A stretch of 64,000 bases of DNA, from contig CAXXRD010000002.1 of assembly GCA_963663895.2 (NCBI GenBank), positions 128,001-192,000 of the forward strand, read 5' to 3'. Source of the DNA: Dehalococcoidia bacterium (GTDB lineage: Bacteria > Chloroflexota > Dehalococcoidia > Bin125). Under the pieces are notes generated by a model. It was not told the origin of the DNA. It worked only from the letters and a program-made list of their open reading frames with translations, and ran no database searches. Of this stretch, positions 39,772 to 49,284 are shown piece after piece. The first letter of the stretch is position 1; each line of letters begins with the position of its first letter. The position numbers and the translations under genes are program-made.

Positions 39772-41325
39772 TCACCCAGCGCGGCCGCGGCGCGTGAGAA
39801 CCGCGGCAAGGTGGGACTCGATGGCCGGCACCGCCCGCCTGGCGTCGGCCAGAGCGGTCACGACGAGGTCCGCGCCCCGCACATTATCCCCGGCGGCAAA
39901 AACGCCAGCGCGAGAAGTGCGGCCTTCGTCGTCGGTGACGAGGCGGCCCCAGTCGTCCACCTCGATCCCGCTCTCGGGCCCAAGGAATTCCTGCCCCACG
40001 TCGTAGCCGACCGCAACGACGACGGTGTCAGCTTCAAGGGCGAATGCGGAGCCTGCGATCGGAACGGGGGCGCGCCGGCCATCGTCGTCGGGCTCGCCCA
40101 GCTCCATCCGCACGCACTCCAGACCGACGACAGCGCCGTCTCGACCCAGAATCTCCACGGGCGTGGTCAAATACTCGAACCGGACACCCTCTTCCCGCGC
40201 GTGCCGCCGCTCTTCCTCACGACCGATCATCTCGGCCTCCGTGCGGCGGTAGAGCAGGGTCACCTGCCCGGCGCCGAGGCGGATGGCGGAGCGGACGCAA
40301 TCCATGGAGGTGTCGCCGCCGCCCACCACCACCACGTGATCCCGCAACTGGGGGCGGCCGCGCATGCCGGCCGGCAGCGCCGTCTCGGGGAGATTGGCCC
40401 GCACGAGAAACTCGGTGGCGGTGTAGACGTTTGTCAGATCCTCGCCCTTCTGACGCAGGCGCTTGCCCAGGCCGGCTCCGTGAGCAAGGAAGACGGCATC
40501 GTAAGTGGCCAACTCGCGCCAGGCGATGTCGACCCCTACCCGTGTGTTGCAGCGGAACTCGATCCCCGCCTGGCGTAGCGCGTCGATCTTCTCGTTCACA
40601 ATCGCCTTCGCGGCCTTGAAATTGGGAATGCCGTAGCGAAGCAGGCCGCCGGCCAGTGGCCAGGCGTCAAAGATCGTGACTGCGTGGCCGGAGGCCCTCA
40701 GCTCCTCGGCGACGGCCAGCCCGGCGGGCCCGCTGCCGACCACGGCAACGCGGGCGCCGCTCTCTTGGGCAGGACGGCGGACCGGAAAGCTGCCTCGGCG
40801 GGAGCGGTCCCAGTCGGCGACGAAGGCCTCAAGCTTGCCGATGGCCACGGGCTTGGCGTTCTTCCCCACGACACAGGATCCCTCGCAGAGGCTCTCCTGC
40901 GGGCAGAGACGGCCACAGAGCTCTGGCATGTTGCTCGTGGCACGGAAGATCGCGGCGGCCTCAGCGATGCGGCCAGCTTCGAGTTTCCAGAGAGCCCCAG
41001 GAATATCGTTATGAACCGGGCATGCCTTGATACAGGGCGCGGCGGGGCACTGGATGCAACGCTGCGCCTCAAACATGGCCGGCGCGGGCGTGTAGCCGTG
41101 GAACACTTCGTCCCAGTTATGGACCCGCTCGTAGGGGGTCTGTTTGGTGACGTGATGGGGCGGAATGCGGAGCCTCGCTTTGCGATCAATCGTCGCTAAG
41201 CGAGGGGCAGGATCGTCATTCTCCACAGGCTTCGCCGCCGAGGCAGACCGCCCCGCGCCTCGAGCAGGCTTGCGAGAGCGCTCCGTGTGAGAGCGCGGCA
41301 GACTATCGTCACTCTGCGGGGGCAT
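39772..41325 (-). CDS. GltD/SudA-like FAD/NAD(P) Fe-S oxidoreductase
   Basis: RCIQC..APC..ACP, CGRLCPQE..CE..C, GSGPAGL, GGGDT.MD, FAAGD. Confidence 0.92.
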   Translation of the reverse strand: MPPQSDDSLPRSHTERSRKPARGAGRSASAAKPVENDDPAPRLATIDRKARLRIPPHHVTKQTPYERVHNWDEVFHGYTPAPAMFEAQRCIQCPAAPCIKACPVHNDIPGALWKLEAGRIAEAAAIFRATSNMPELCGRLCPQESLCEGSCVVGKNAKPVAIGKLEAFVADWDRSRRGSFPVRRPAQESGARVAVVGSGPAGLAVAEELRASGHAVTIFDAWPLAGGLLRYGIPNFKAAKAIVNEKIDALRQAGIEFRCNTRVGVDIAWRELATYDAVFLAHGAGLGKRLRQKGEDLTNVYTATEFLVRANLPETALPAGMRGRPQLRDHVVVVGGGDTSMDCVRSAIRLGAGQVTLLYRRTEAEMIGREEERRHAREEGVRFEYLTTPVEILGRDGAVVGLECVRMELGEPDDDGRRAPVPIAGSAFALEADTVVVAVGYDVGQEFLGPESGIEVDDWGRLVTDDEGRTSRAGVFAAGDNVRGADLVVTALADARRAVPAIESHLAAVLTRRGRAG

Positions 41326-41613
41326 CGAGCCGATCAGCAAGCCCCTATCCACAGCCGACAAGCGCCGAGAGCTATTCTCCGATGCCGGATCACGGACTCG
41401 ATCCGAGCGTACACCTCCCTGATTTGTGTGCCATCGTGTACGGCAAGCACAGGCCATTCACCGGTTAAATACAATTATGTCACTAAAATTACGCAAGGAC
41501 CGCGCCGAACCTGTGCCCCTCCCATCGCTCGCGATGTAGTATGCCCGCGATCGGAATCGTTCCCAATATCTGCCATCATTAAGCATCATTCCGATCCGAT
41601 CAGGTGGGACATC

Positions 41614-42138
41614 ATGTTAATCGGTTCTGCGTCCGTAGCCTCCGTCGGCGGGGGAGTTAGCCATCACATCCCAAGCCACAAACCCTTTACGTTCTGGCAG
41701 CAAGATCTAAAGTACCGAACCGGCCAAGGCCCTTGCTTTCGGGATATTACCGAAGATGTCAGAGAGGCGGTCCGGGATTCTGGTCTCTGGTGGGGCCAGG
41801 TCACCATCTTCTCGAACCACACCACAGCAGCGATCCGTCTGCAGGAGCATGAGCCGCTGCTCATTGAAGACATGTGCGCGATGCTGGAGCGCCTGGCGCC
41901 GCCGGGAGCCGACTACCGCCACAACGACTTCAGCGTGCGAACCGTCAACATGCATCCCGACGAGTCGCCCAACGGGCACAGCCACTGTCAGCATCTGATG
42001 CTGAGCACGAGCGAGACGGTGCCGCTGGTGAACGGAGCGCTGCAGCTCGGGGAGTGGCAGAGCATTTTCCTGATCGAGCTCGACCATCCACGCGATCGCC
42101 GGGTGACGGTGAATATCCTTGGCATCCCCGACGACTAG
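41614..42138 (+). CDS. YjbQ/UPF0047 family protein
   Basis: HTTAAI..QE.E, Y.HND, NGHSH, LGEWQSIF..ELD..R. Confidence 0.92.
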   Translation: MLIGSASVASVGGGVSHHIPSHKPFTFWQQDLKYRTGQGPCFRDITEDVREAVRDSGLWWGQVTIFSNHTTAAIRLQEHEPLLIEDMCAMLERLAPPGADYRHNDFSVRTVNMHPDESPNGHSHCQHLMLSTSETVPLVNGALQLGEWQSIFLIELDHPRDRRVTVNILGIPDD

Positions 42139-42163
42139 CCAGGGATGATGCGACCGTGCAGGC

Positions 42164-42193
42164 GAGCCGCTTCGCACGAGGCGGCTTTCTTGT
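42164..42193 (+). terminator. Intrinsic terminator-like hairpin after yjbQ
   Basis: GAGCCGCTTC/GAGGCGGCTT stem followed by TCTTGT. Confidence 0.6.
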
Positions 42194-42235
42194 ATCCGAG
42201 CTTTTCCACGCCCGAACTCCGGGCTCGGAGGCGCA

Positions 42236-42946
42236 CTGACTAAGCCGACGGCCGACGGGACAGAGCCCTGGCTCATCTTCCACCGGGCGCACGAGCCGCG
42301 GCGACGGCTTTCGGCGGCCTTGCAATGCCGGACGGCGGACTATTTCGAAGTAGACCTGCAGCGGGGCAGACGGCCGGAACTCCGGCATGACGCCCTCGTC
42401 TTAGGCCTCTCGCTCCTGACCGAGCGGCACAAGCTGCCGCGGCTGCGCCTTCGCCGACTCTGGCTAGAGCAGCTCGCCGATGATTACCGCCTGCCCGGTC
42501 CCATCTTCCTCGACATCAAAGAGCCCGATCCGTCGTTCGTCGAGGAGGTGGTCGCGGAGATGCGGCGGCTCGAGCTGGCGGCAGGGGCGATCGCCGCCTG
42601 TGAGCACTGGGCAGTGCTCGATCGGCTGGCCGAAGTGGGACCGGAGATTCGGAGGTTCTACGGGATTCCGCGGCGGCGGAGCGGCAGGGCGCGACTGACG
42701 GCCTACCTGGAGCGGGCCGTCAGGGGACAAGGAGGCGCGGGTGCGTCCCTGCCCCGTCGCTTCGCGAACGCTGCCTCACTCGACTCCATTCGCCAGGCAG
42801 GACTACGCCCACTCATCTGGCACGTCGACGACTACGCCGACGGTCTCCGCCTCATGGAAGCGGGTCCCGTGGGGCTGATCACTCACAAGCCGCCTCTGAT
42901 CGATGCTTGGCGACGCTGGCTGGACGCCCAGCCTGCCACCGGCTGA
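42236..42946 (+). CDS. Glycerophosphodiester phosphodiesterase-like TIM-barrel protein; probable CTG start
   Basis: IFHRA, FEVDL, RHD, LDIKE, W.VD, GLIT..P; the homologous N-terminus lies upstream of the track's TTG at 42320. Confidence 0.7.
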   Translation: MTKPTADGTEPWLIFHRAHEPRRRLSAALQCRTADYFEVDLQRGRRPELRHDALVLGLSLLTERHKLPRLRLRRLWLEQLADDYRLPGPIFLDIKEPDPSFVEEVVAEMRRLELAAGAIAACEHWAVLDRLAEVGPEIRRFYGIPRRRSGRARLTAYLERAVRGQGGAGASLPRRFANAASLDSIRQAGLRPLIWHVDDYADGLRLMEAGPVGLITHKPPLIDAWRRWLDAQPATG

Positions 42947-43268
42947 ATTCCACCCGGTACGACTGCGCTACCGCTTCGCGCGCGCGGGCGCTGAAGCGTT
43001 GGTAGCTGCGGATGATGTCGGCGCCCTCGGGAGTAAGCCGGGAGCCGCCGCCGTTGGCGCCGCCGCTGACGCTCGCGACGAGTTGCAGGCCAAGACGCTT
43101 TTCAATATCGCGGATCTTGCCCCAGGCCCGGCGGTAGCTCAGGCCCATCTGCTTTGCGGCGGCCGCCAGTGATCCCGTCTCATCGACGCATTGAAGGAGC
43201 TGCAGGCGATAGTCACTCATGGCGACCTTGCCATCCTCTTCCAACCAGAGCTTGCAGTGCGGTTCCAT
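42879..43268 (-). CDS. ModE-type HTH regulator (stand-alone)
   Basis: KLWLE, ETGSL..AAK.MGLSYRRAW, GG..GGGS.LT. Confidence 0.9.
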   Translation of the reverse strand: MEPHCKLWLEEDGKVAMSDYRLQLLQCVDETGSLAAAAKQMGLSYRRAWGKIRDIEKRLGLQLVASVSGGANGGGSRLTPEGADIIRSYQRFSARAREAVAQSYRVEFSRWQAGRPASVAKHRSEAACE

Positions 43269-43362
43269 CGCTCTCCCCACAGCTTTGCCCCACAGTCTTT
43301 CCGTGCCGCGCGGGAGGCGATCGTAGCAGCGAGCCCGCCGAGCGCGTCCGTATAATCAAGTG

Positions 43363-44517
43363 GTGGTAACCGTCGCATCCGAGCGCCCTTCCCCCGACCG
43401 ATTCCGGCTCCCCGCGGCCGCGGCGACCCCGTTGGCGCAAGCGATCGCGAAGCGGATTCGCGACGAAGGTCCCCTGACCTTCGCGGCCTTCATGGAGGCC
43501 GCGCTCTACGACGAACCTTTGGGCTACTACCGGCGCGATGCGCCCACCGTGGGACGTGACGGCGACTACCTGACGAGCGCCGAGGTGCACCCGCTCTTCT
43601 CCTACGCGGTGGCGGCGCTCGCAGTGCGGCTGTGGGAGATGTCCGGCAGCGAAGATTCATTCGTGCTGCGCGAGGTGGGCCCGGGAACGGGATCCTTGGT
43701 GGAGGGCATCGCGGCATGGGCAGCGGCGCGGCGCCCCGACTTCGCAGCAGCGCTTCGCTTCGAACTCGTGGAGCCGTCGCCAACGACGGCAAAGCGGCAG
43801 CGGCGGCGGCTGGCGCCCTTGGGAGAGCGCGTGTCGTGGCTGGACGACCTCCGCACTCCGCTGGAAGGATTGCTCTTCGCCAACGAGCTGCTGGACGCCC
43901 AACCGGTCCACCGGCTGCGTTGGCGGCAGGAGCGGTGGGAGGAACTCTACGTCAGCTTGGATGAGAGCGGCGGCTTTGCCGACCACGGGGGAGCCCCGAG
44001 TTGCGAGTCGCTGCTGGCACCCCTCGCGACGGTCGCGCCGCGCGAGGGACAGGTCGTGGAGGTATCCCCCGCCGTGTCACAGCTCGTCGCTACGCTTGCG
44101 GATTCGCTCGATCGGGGACTCCTGCTGCTGCTCGATTACGGCTACGAACGCGAGCGACTCTACGCTCCCTGGCGCCGTGAAGGAACCTTGCTCACCTACT
44201 ACCGGCACACACCAGGGAGCGACCCGTACGTGCGGATCGGCGAACAGGATATGAGCTGCCATATCGACATCGACGCCGTGGCGGCGGCCGCGCGCGCGCG
44301 CAGCCTGAGGCTACTTCCCGTCCGCACGCAGGCGCAGTTCCTCAGCGAATTGGGCGCGACCGGGTCACCGGACCTGCGTACTCGCGAGGCGGCGCTCGAG
44401 GCAGAGTTGAGTCGACGGCGCGCGGTCGAGGTCCTGACGGACCCCGAGGGGCTGGGACGGATCCGGGTGATGGCGTTTAGCCGAGGCCTCGAGAGGGTGC
44501 CGGAGGGGTTGCAGTGA
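43363..44517 (+). CDS. MidA/NDUFAF7-like SAM-dependent methyltransferase
   Basis: FME.ALY, GYY, GDYLTS, E.GPG.G, ANELLDA.P, DYG, QD.S.H. Confidence 0.9.
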   Translation: MVTVASERPSPDRFRLPAAAATPLAQAIAKRIRDEGPLTFAAFMEAALYDEPLGYYRRDAPTVGRDGDYLTSAEVHPLFSYAVAALAVRLWEMSGSEDSFVLREVGPGTGSLVEGIAAWAAARRPDFAAALRFELVEPSPTTAKRQRRRLAPLGERVSWLDDLRTPLEGLLFANELLDAQPVHRLRWRQERWEELYVSLDESGGFADHGGAPSCESLLAPLATVAPREGQVVEVSPAVSQLVATLADSLDRGLLLLLDYGYERERLYAPWRREGTLLTYYRHTPGSDPYVRIGEQDMSCHIDIDAVAAAARARSLRLLPVRTQAQFLSELGATGSPDLRTREAALEAELSRRRAVEVLTDPEGLGRIRVMAFSRGLERVPEGLQ

Positions 44518-44984
44518 TGGTTCGTGAACCACTACAGGCCGGCGCGCGCCTGCCGGAGGTCATGCTAGAAGGACCGGAGGGCCGTCTCGCGCTTGCAGAG
44601 ATCCGCAACGGCCACGCCTTGGTCGTCGCCTTTTATGTCGAGGATAAGACGCCGACCTGCACCGCTCAGCTCAGCGCCTTGGACGCCGACCTCAAGCTCA
44701 TTGAGCAATGCGGCGCCCGACTCGTCGCCGTCAGCAGCGACAGCATGGAGAGCCACGCCTCATTCCGCAAAGAGAAGCGCTTCGCGTTTCCACTGCTGAC
44801 GGACTCGAGCCTGGAAGCGGCGCGCGCGTTCGGCGTCGCCGACGAAACCACGGGGCGCTGCACACGGGCCGTGTTCGTGAGCGATCGGGCTGGGCGGATC
44901 GTGGAAGCGATCCCGCACTACAACCCCGCCAATCTCAGCCAGTACGCGGCCGTCTTCGCGGCCCTGGGCCTGGGCCCGTCGTGA
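44517..44984 (+). CDS. BCP-type peroxiredoxin
   Basis: FY..DKTPTCT, VS.D, FPLL.D, R.VFV.D..G. Confidence 0.88.
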   Translation: MVREPLQAGARLPEVMLEGPEGRLALAEIRNGHALVVAFYVEDKTPTCTAQLSALDADLKLIEQCGARLVAVSSDSMESHASFRKEKRFAFPLLTDSSLEAARAFGVADETTGRCTRAVFVSDRAGRIVEAIPHYNPANLSQYAAVFAALGLGPS

Positions 44985-46258
44985 ACGCGCCAAGGACAGC
45001 CGCGACCGCAGCGGCCGCGTTCGATCATCTCCGCGCGAACGGGAACGGCGTGACCGCGCTGCAGATCGAGTTGAGTGAGATCGCAGCGCCCACGGGAGCG
45101 GAGAGCGGGCGCGGCAAAGCGGTAGGCCGCTGGCTACGCGGCGCAGGCTGTGCCGTCGCCACGGACGCCGTTGGCAATGTGATCGCCAGACGGCCCGGCC
45201 GCGGTGCCATGCCCGGGCGCGTGGTGCTGTCCGCGCACTTGGACACGGTTTTCGACGCCGACCAACCGCTGCGAGTCGTACGGGCAGGCGAGCGATCCTC
45301 GTACCGCAACCGCGCAGTCGTACCCGAGGGGGAATGGCACGGGCCGGGCATCGCCGATGACGCCGCCGGCTTAGCAGCGGTGATCGCGGTGGCGCAGGCG
45401 CTGGCGGTGGGCGGGGTCCAGACCGATCAAGAGATCGCGTTCGTCGCGACAGTGGGCGAAGAAGGGCGCGGCAACCTGCGGGGGGCACGGCACTTCTTCC
45501 GCCAAAGGGACGCCAAAGCCGTGAGCGCCTTCATCACCATCGACCATCCCCACCCCAACGAGATCGTGCATCGAGGAGTGGGGAGTCGCCGCTTCGCGGT
45601 GGAATTCAGCGGGCCGGGGGGACACGCGTGGGGGGACTTCGGCCGCTACAATCCGGCGCACGCGCTGGCCGCCGCCGCTGATCGAATCGCCATGCTGCCG
45701 TTGCCGAGCGATTCCAAGGCCACCGTGAACATCGGCCGGATCGAGGCAGGGCGGGCGGTCAATGCGATTCCGGAGTCGGCACGCATGGAGGTCGACCTGC
45801 GCAGCGAATCGGCGGCAGCGTTGAATGCACTCGAGAGGGGTCTGCGCACCGCAGTCACGCAGGCGCACGCGAAGGAAACCGCACACGCTCTTACCGGTGA
45901 AGGAATCAAGGGCGCGATTGCAATCGAAGGACTGGGCCGGCGGCCGGCGGGAATGACGCCGCCAGAGACACCGTTGGTGCAGACGGCGCTGCAAGCGCTG
46001 GCGGCGGAGGGGTTCGAGCCGAAGCTGGCGGCGTCATCGACCGACGCGAACGCCGCGATGGCGGCGGGGGTGCCCGCGATCGCGCTGGGCTGGGGCGGCC
46101 GCTGCGGCGACCTCCACAGCACGCGCGAATACTTCGCGCCTGCCGGGCGGGAGCGCTCGTTGGCGGCGATCCTGCGCGTGTTGCTCAATCTGGCCAGCGC
46201 AAGCGCGGCCCACGAAGAGGGGCGTAGGGAGTCCGTAGACTGCAATCATGAGCCCTGA
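44981..46258 (+). CDS. M20/M25/M40 family metallohydrolase
   Basis: AHLDTVF, GPGI.DD, GEEGRG, GGH.W, STDAN, H...E. Confidence 0.9.
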   Translation: MNAPRTAATAAAAFDHLRANGNGVTALQIELSEIAAPTGAESGRGKAVGRWLRGAGCAVATDAVGNVIARRPGRGAMPGRVVLSAHLDTVFDADQPLRVVRAGERSSYRNRAVVPEGEWHGPGIADDAAGLAAVIAVAQALAVGGVQTDQEIAFVATVGEEGRGNLRGARHFFRQRDAKAVSAFITIDHPHPNEIVHRGVGSRRFAVEFSGPGGHAWGDFGRYNPAHALAAAADRIAMLPLPSDSKATVNIGRIEAGRAVNAIPESARMEVDLRSESAAALNALERGLRTAVTQAHAKETAHALTGEGIKGAIAIEGLGRRPAGMTPPETPLVQTALQALAAEGFEPKLAASSTDANAAMAAGVPAIALGWGGRCGDLHSTREYFAPAGRERSLAAILRVLLNLASASAAHEEGRRESVDCNHEP

Positions 46259-46646
46259 GAGCGAATCCTACAACGCAACGGTGCTCGACCATTTTCGCAA
46301 TCCCCGCAACGCGGGAGAGCTTCCCAACGCCAACGCCGTCGGCGAGGAGCGCAACCCCGTGTGCGGCGACCACATGCGGCTGATGCTGCGAATAGAGGAT
46401 GGCCTGATCACCGCTGCGCGCTTCCTGACGAAAGGGTGCGGCGCCGCGATCGCAACAAGCTCGGTCGCGACGGAGATGCTGCAGGGCCGGCGTGTGAGTG
46501 AGGTACGTACCCTCCAACGGGAGGACTTCGTGGAAGCAGTGGGAGGATTGCCGCCGAGCAAGGTGCACTGCTCCGTCCTCGCGGCGGGCGCGCTCCGGAA
46601 GGCGCTGCGCTCGTACGAATCGCAGAGCAGAACGGACTCGGACTAG
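46248..46646 (+). CDS. IscU/NifU-like Fe-S scaffold
   Basis: DHF.NPRN, NPVCGD, GCGAAIA, LPPSKVHCS. Confidence 0.9.
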   Translation: MSPESESYNATVLDHFRNPRNAGELPNANAVGEERNPVCGDHMRLMLRIEDGLITAARFLTKGCGAAIATSSVATEMLQGRRVSEVRTLQREDFVEAVGGLPPSKVHCSVLAAGALRKALRSYESQSRTDSD

Positions 46647-47500
46647 TGCACAAGCTGACACCGACGAGGGCGGAAGAAGCCGTTCAGATCCTAGCCAAGA
46701 ACCGGAACGCATGGGTGGTCAGTGGCGGGACGACCGTGATGTCCAACCTCTTGCTCAACGTGTTGCGCACGCCGAAGGTCCTGGTGTCGATCGAAAGGAT
46801 CGAGGAGGCGCAGCACCTCGATCCGGAAAGCGGCTGGATCGGAGCAGCCGTCAAACTCACGCTGCTCCACGATGAGCCCGGGTGGCCGGGGCTGATGCGC
46901 ACGGCGATCGAGCACCATCGGCCGCGGGCACAGACGCCTACTCTGAGCCGCGTCACCTTGGGTGGTCGTCTCCTCGCCGATGGCGGATCGAGCGCGCTGG
47001 CGACGGCAATGATGACATTGGGAGCGGAAGCAGAGTTGGTCTCACCCGAGGGGCGGCGTCGCGTACCGGTGGAATCCATCTTGGCGAACCCCACCCGCAA
47101 CAACCTGCGCCCCTACGAAATCCTTTTAGGCGTCCGGCTTTCGCCGCTGCGGGAAGAAGGCGGCTATCGCGTGGGAGAGGCGTATGCCGAGGAGCTGAGC
47201 GACGGTGGACAGTTGAAGGAGGCCGTGGCAGTCATGCTGACTCGCAGCGGAGACCAGATCAGCGCCGCGCGGGTTGCCCTTGGGGGACTCGATCCGCTGG
47301 TAGGGCGAGCGAGGCTGGTGGAAACCGCGCTCGTGGGGCGAGAGGGCAGCGAGGATCTCTTCTCGATCGCCGGACAGACGGCGCGGGAAGAGGTCAATCC
47401 GCCGGACAAGGAAGAGCGGCCGCGCGATCAGAGACTCGCGATCTTCGAACGGATCACGCGGGAGGCGACGACGGCGGCATTCGCCGCCGCGGGCGCGTGA
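46646..47500 (+). CDS. CoxM/CutM-like FAD-binding subunit (divergent)
   Basis: SGGT, IGA, TLGG, G.RRVP, ARVALGG, VETALVG. Confidence 0.75.
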   Translation: MHKLTPTRAEEAVQILAKNRNAWVVSGGTTVMSNLLLNVLRTPKVLVSIERIEEAQHLDPESGWIGAAVKLTLLHDEPGWPGLMRTAIEHHRPRAQTPTLSRVTLGGRLLADGGSSALATAMMTLGAEAELVSPEGRRRVPVESILANPTRNNLRPYEILLGVRLSPLREEGGYRVGEAYAEELSDGGQLKEAVAVMLTRSGDQISAARVALGGLDPLVGRARLVETALVGREGSEDLFSIAGQTAREEVNPPDKEERPRDQRLAIFERITREATTAAFAAAGA

Positions 47501-48099
47501 GTGCCGCCGCCCTCCTCCTGTCCGCGGGCGCGTCCACGCGGATGGGCAGCGCCAAAGCGCTGCTTGACTGGGGCGGCCGGCCGCTCCTTCAGCATCAGAT
47601 CGACACGTTGATCGAAGCCGGCTGTGATCCGGTGATCGTCGTCCTGGGCCATCAAGCCGACGCGATTCGCTCGCGCATCGCTTGCCGCGCACCTTGCCGC
47701 ATGGTGGTCAATGAGCGGTACGTGGAGGGACGCGCGTCGTCCGTGCGGGTGGGGGCGGCCATCCTGCCGGAGGGACGAGACGCGATCGTGACGGCCAACG
47801 TCGACGGACCCTGCAGCGTCACAACGGTCCGCCGCTTAGTCGAAGAGATCACGAGAGGACGCGCATCGATCGCCGTCCCTCGTTATGACAATAAGAACGG
47901 TCATCCCGTAGCGTTCGCGGGCAGATTGCTTCCGGAGCTACGGAAAGTCGACGAAAGTGAACAAGGCCTCAAAGCAGTGCGCGCGCGCCACCGGCAGACT
48001 ACGCGATTCGTCGCGACCAACGATCCGCTCGTGGGGCTCGATCTCGACTCACCAAGCGACTACCAGCGGGCGCTGGGCCTGCTGGAGACGCAACAATAG
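47497..48099 (+). CDS. MocA-like nucleotidyltransferase
   Basis: L.AG.S.RMG..KALL, V.N..Y..G...S, GHPV.F, DLD.P.DY. Confidence 0.85.
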   Translation: MSAAALLLSAGASTRMGSAKALLDWGGRPLLQHQIDTLIEAGCDPVIVVLGHQADAIRSRIACRAPCRMVVNERYVEGRASSVRVGAAILPEGRDAIVTANVDGPCSVTTVRRLVEEITRGRASIAVPRYDNKNGHPVAFAGRLLPELRKVDESEQGLKAVRARHRQTTRFVATNDPLVGLDLDSPSDYQRALGLLETQQ

Positions 48100-48174
48100 C
48101 GGCAAACGGGCTTGTGGTATCCCGTGTTATATTGCCGGCGATTTCCGCGCGGCTGATCCAGATTGTGTAGGCAC

Positions 48175-49182
48175 ATGGCTGTTCCCCTGCGTGAGGCGAT
48201 CTCGGTCGGAAAGTACGTCGCCAAGCAGCGCCTGAAAGGCGTCGAGCGCTATCCCCTGGTGCTGATGCTGGAGCCGTTGTACGCCTGCAACCTGGAGTGC
48301 GCCGGTTGCGGCAAGATCCAGCATCCCATCGACATCCTGCGGACACGGCTCAGCCCGGAAGAGTGCTGGGCGGCGGCCGACGAGTGCGGCGCGCCGATCG
48401 TCTCGATCCCCGGCGGGGAGCCGCTCATCCACCCGGAGATCGGTCGGATCGTGGCCGGGCTGATCGAGCGAAAGAAATTCGTGTATCTCTGCACGAACGC
48501 GATCCTGTTGGAGAAAAAGCTCGACCAATTCGAGCCAAATCCCTACCTCACGTTCTCCGTTCACGTCGACGGGTTGCGCAAGGAGCATGACGCATCGGTC
48601 TGTCGCGACGGAGTGTTCGACGTGGCGATCGCCGCGATCAAGGCCGCCAAAGAGCGCGGCTTCCGCGTCACGACCAACAGCACGATCTTCCTGGGCGCCG
48701 ACCCCAAGCGGGTGCGTGAGATGTTCGACCACCTCACGGAGTTGGGCGTCGACGGCATGATGGTCTCGCCGGGCTACGCCTACGAGAAAGCCCCGGACCA
48801 AGAGCACTTCCTCACGCGCAATCAGACGCGGGAGCTGTTTCGGGAGATCCTGCGCGAGCCGCCGTCGCAGTGGACGTTCAATCAGAGCCAGCTCTTTCTC
48901 GATTTCCTCAAGGGTGAGATCGAGTATGACTGCACGCCCTGGGGGAATCCGACACGTTCCGTGTTGGGCTGGCAGCGGCCTTGCTACCTGATGGACGAGG
49001 GCTACGTTGACACGTTCGACGAACTGATCAACGAGACGGACTGGAGCCAGTACGGCCACGCGAGCGGCAACCCCAAGTGTCAGAATTGCATGGTGCACTC
49101 CGGGTTCGAGGCAACCGCGGTGATCGATGCGAGCACCAACCCCCTGCGGGGGTTGCGCGCCCTCAAGAGCGCACTGATCTAG
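48175..49182 (+). CDS. hpnH: Adenosylhopene synthase (radical SAM) HpnH
   Basis: [49 protein letters not shown]. Confidence 0.96.
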   Translation: MAVPLREAISVGKYVAKQRLKGVERYPLVLMLEPLYACNLECAGCGKIQHPIDILRTRLSPEECWAAADECGAPIVSIPGGEPLIHPEIGRIVAGLIERKKFVYLCTNAILLEKKLDQFEPNPYLTFSVHVDGLRKEHDASVCRDGVFDVAIAAIKAAKERGFRVTTNSTIFLGADPKRVREMFDHLTELGVDGMMVSPGYAYEKAPDQEHFLTRNQTRELFREILREPPSQWTFNQSQLFLDFLKGEIEYDCTPWGNPTRSVLGWQRPCYLMDEGYVDTFDELINETDWSQYGHASGNPKCQNCMVHSGFEATAVIDASTNPLRGLRALKSALI

Positions 49183-49284
49183 ACCCCGGGCCGTAGCGCG
49201 CCGGAAAGGCTCGACTGGCGCGGCGAGCTTTTCCGTTCCGGAGGCCCGCACGTGGGAGGCTGCGCCAAGATCTGCGAGCGGTCC

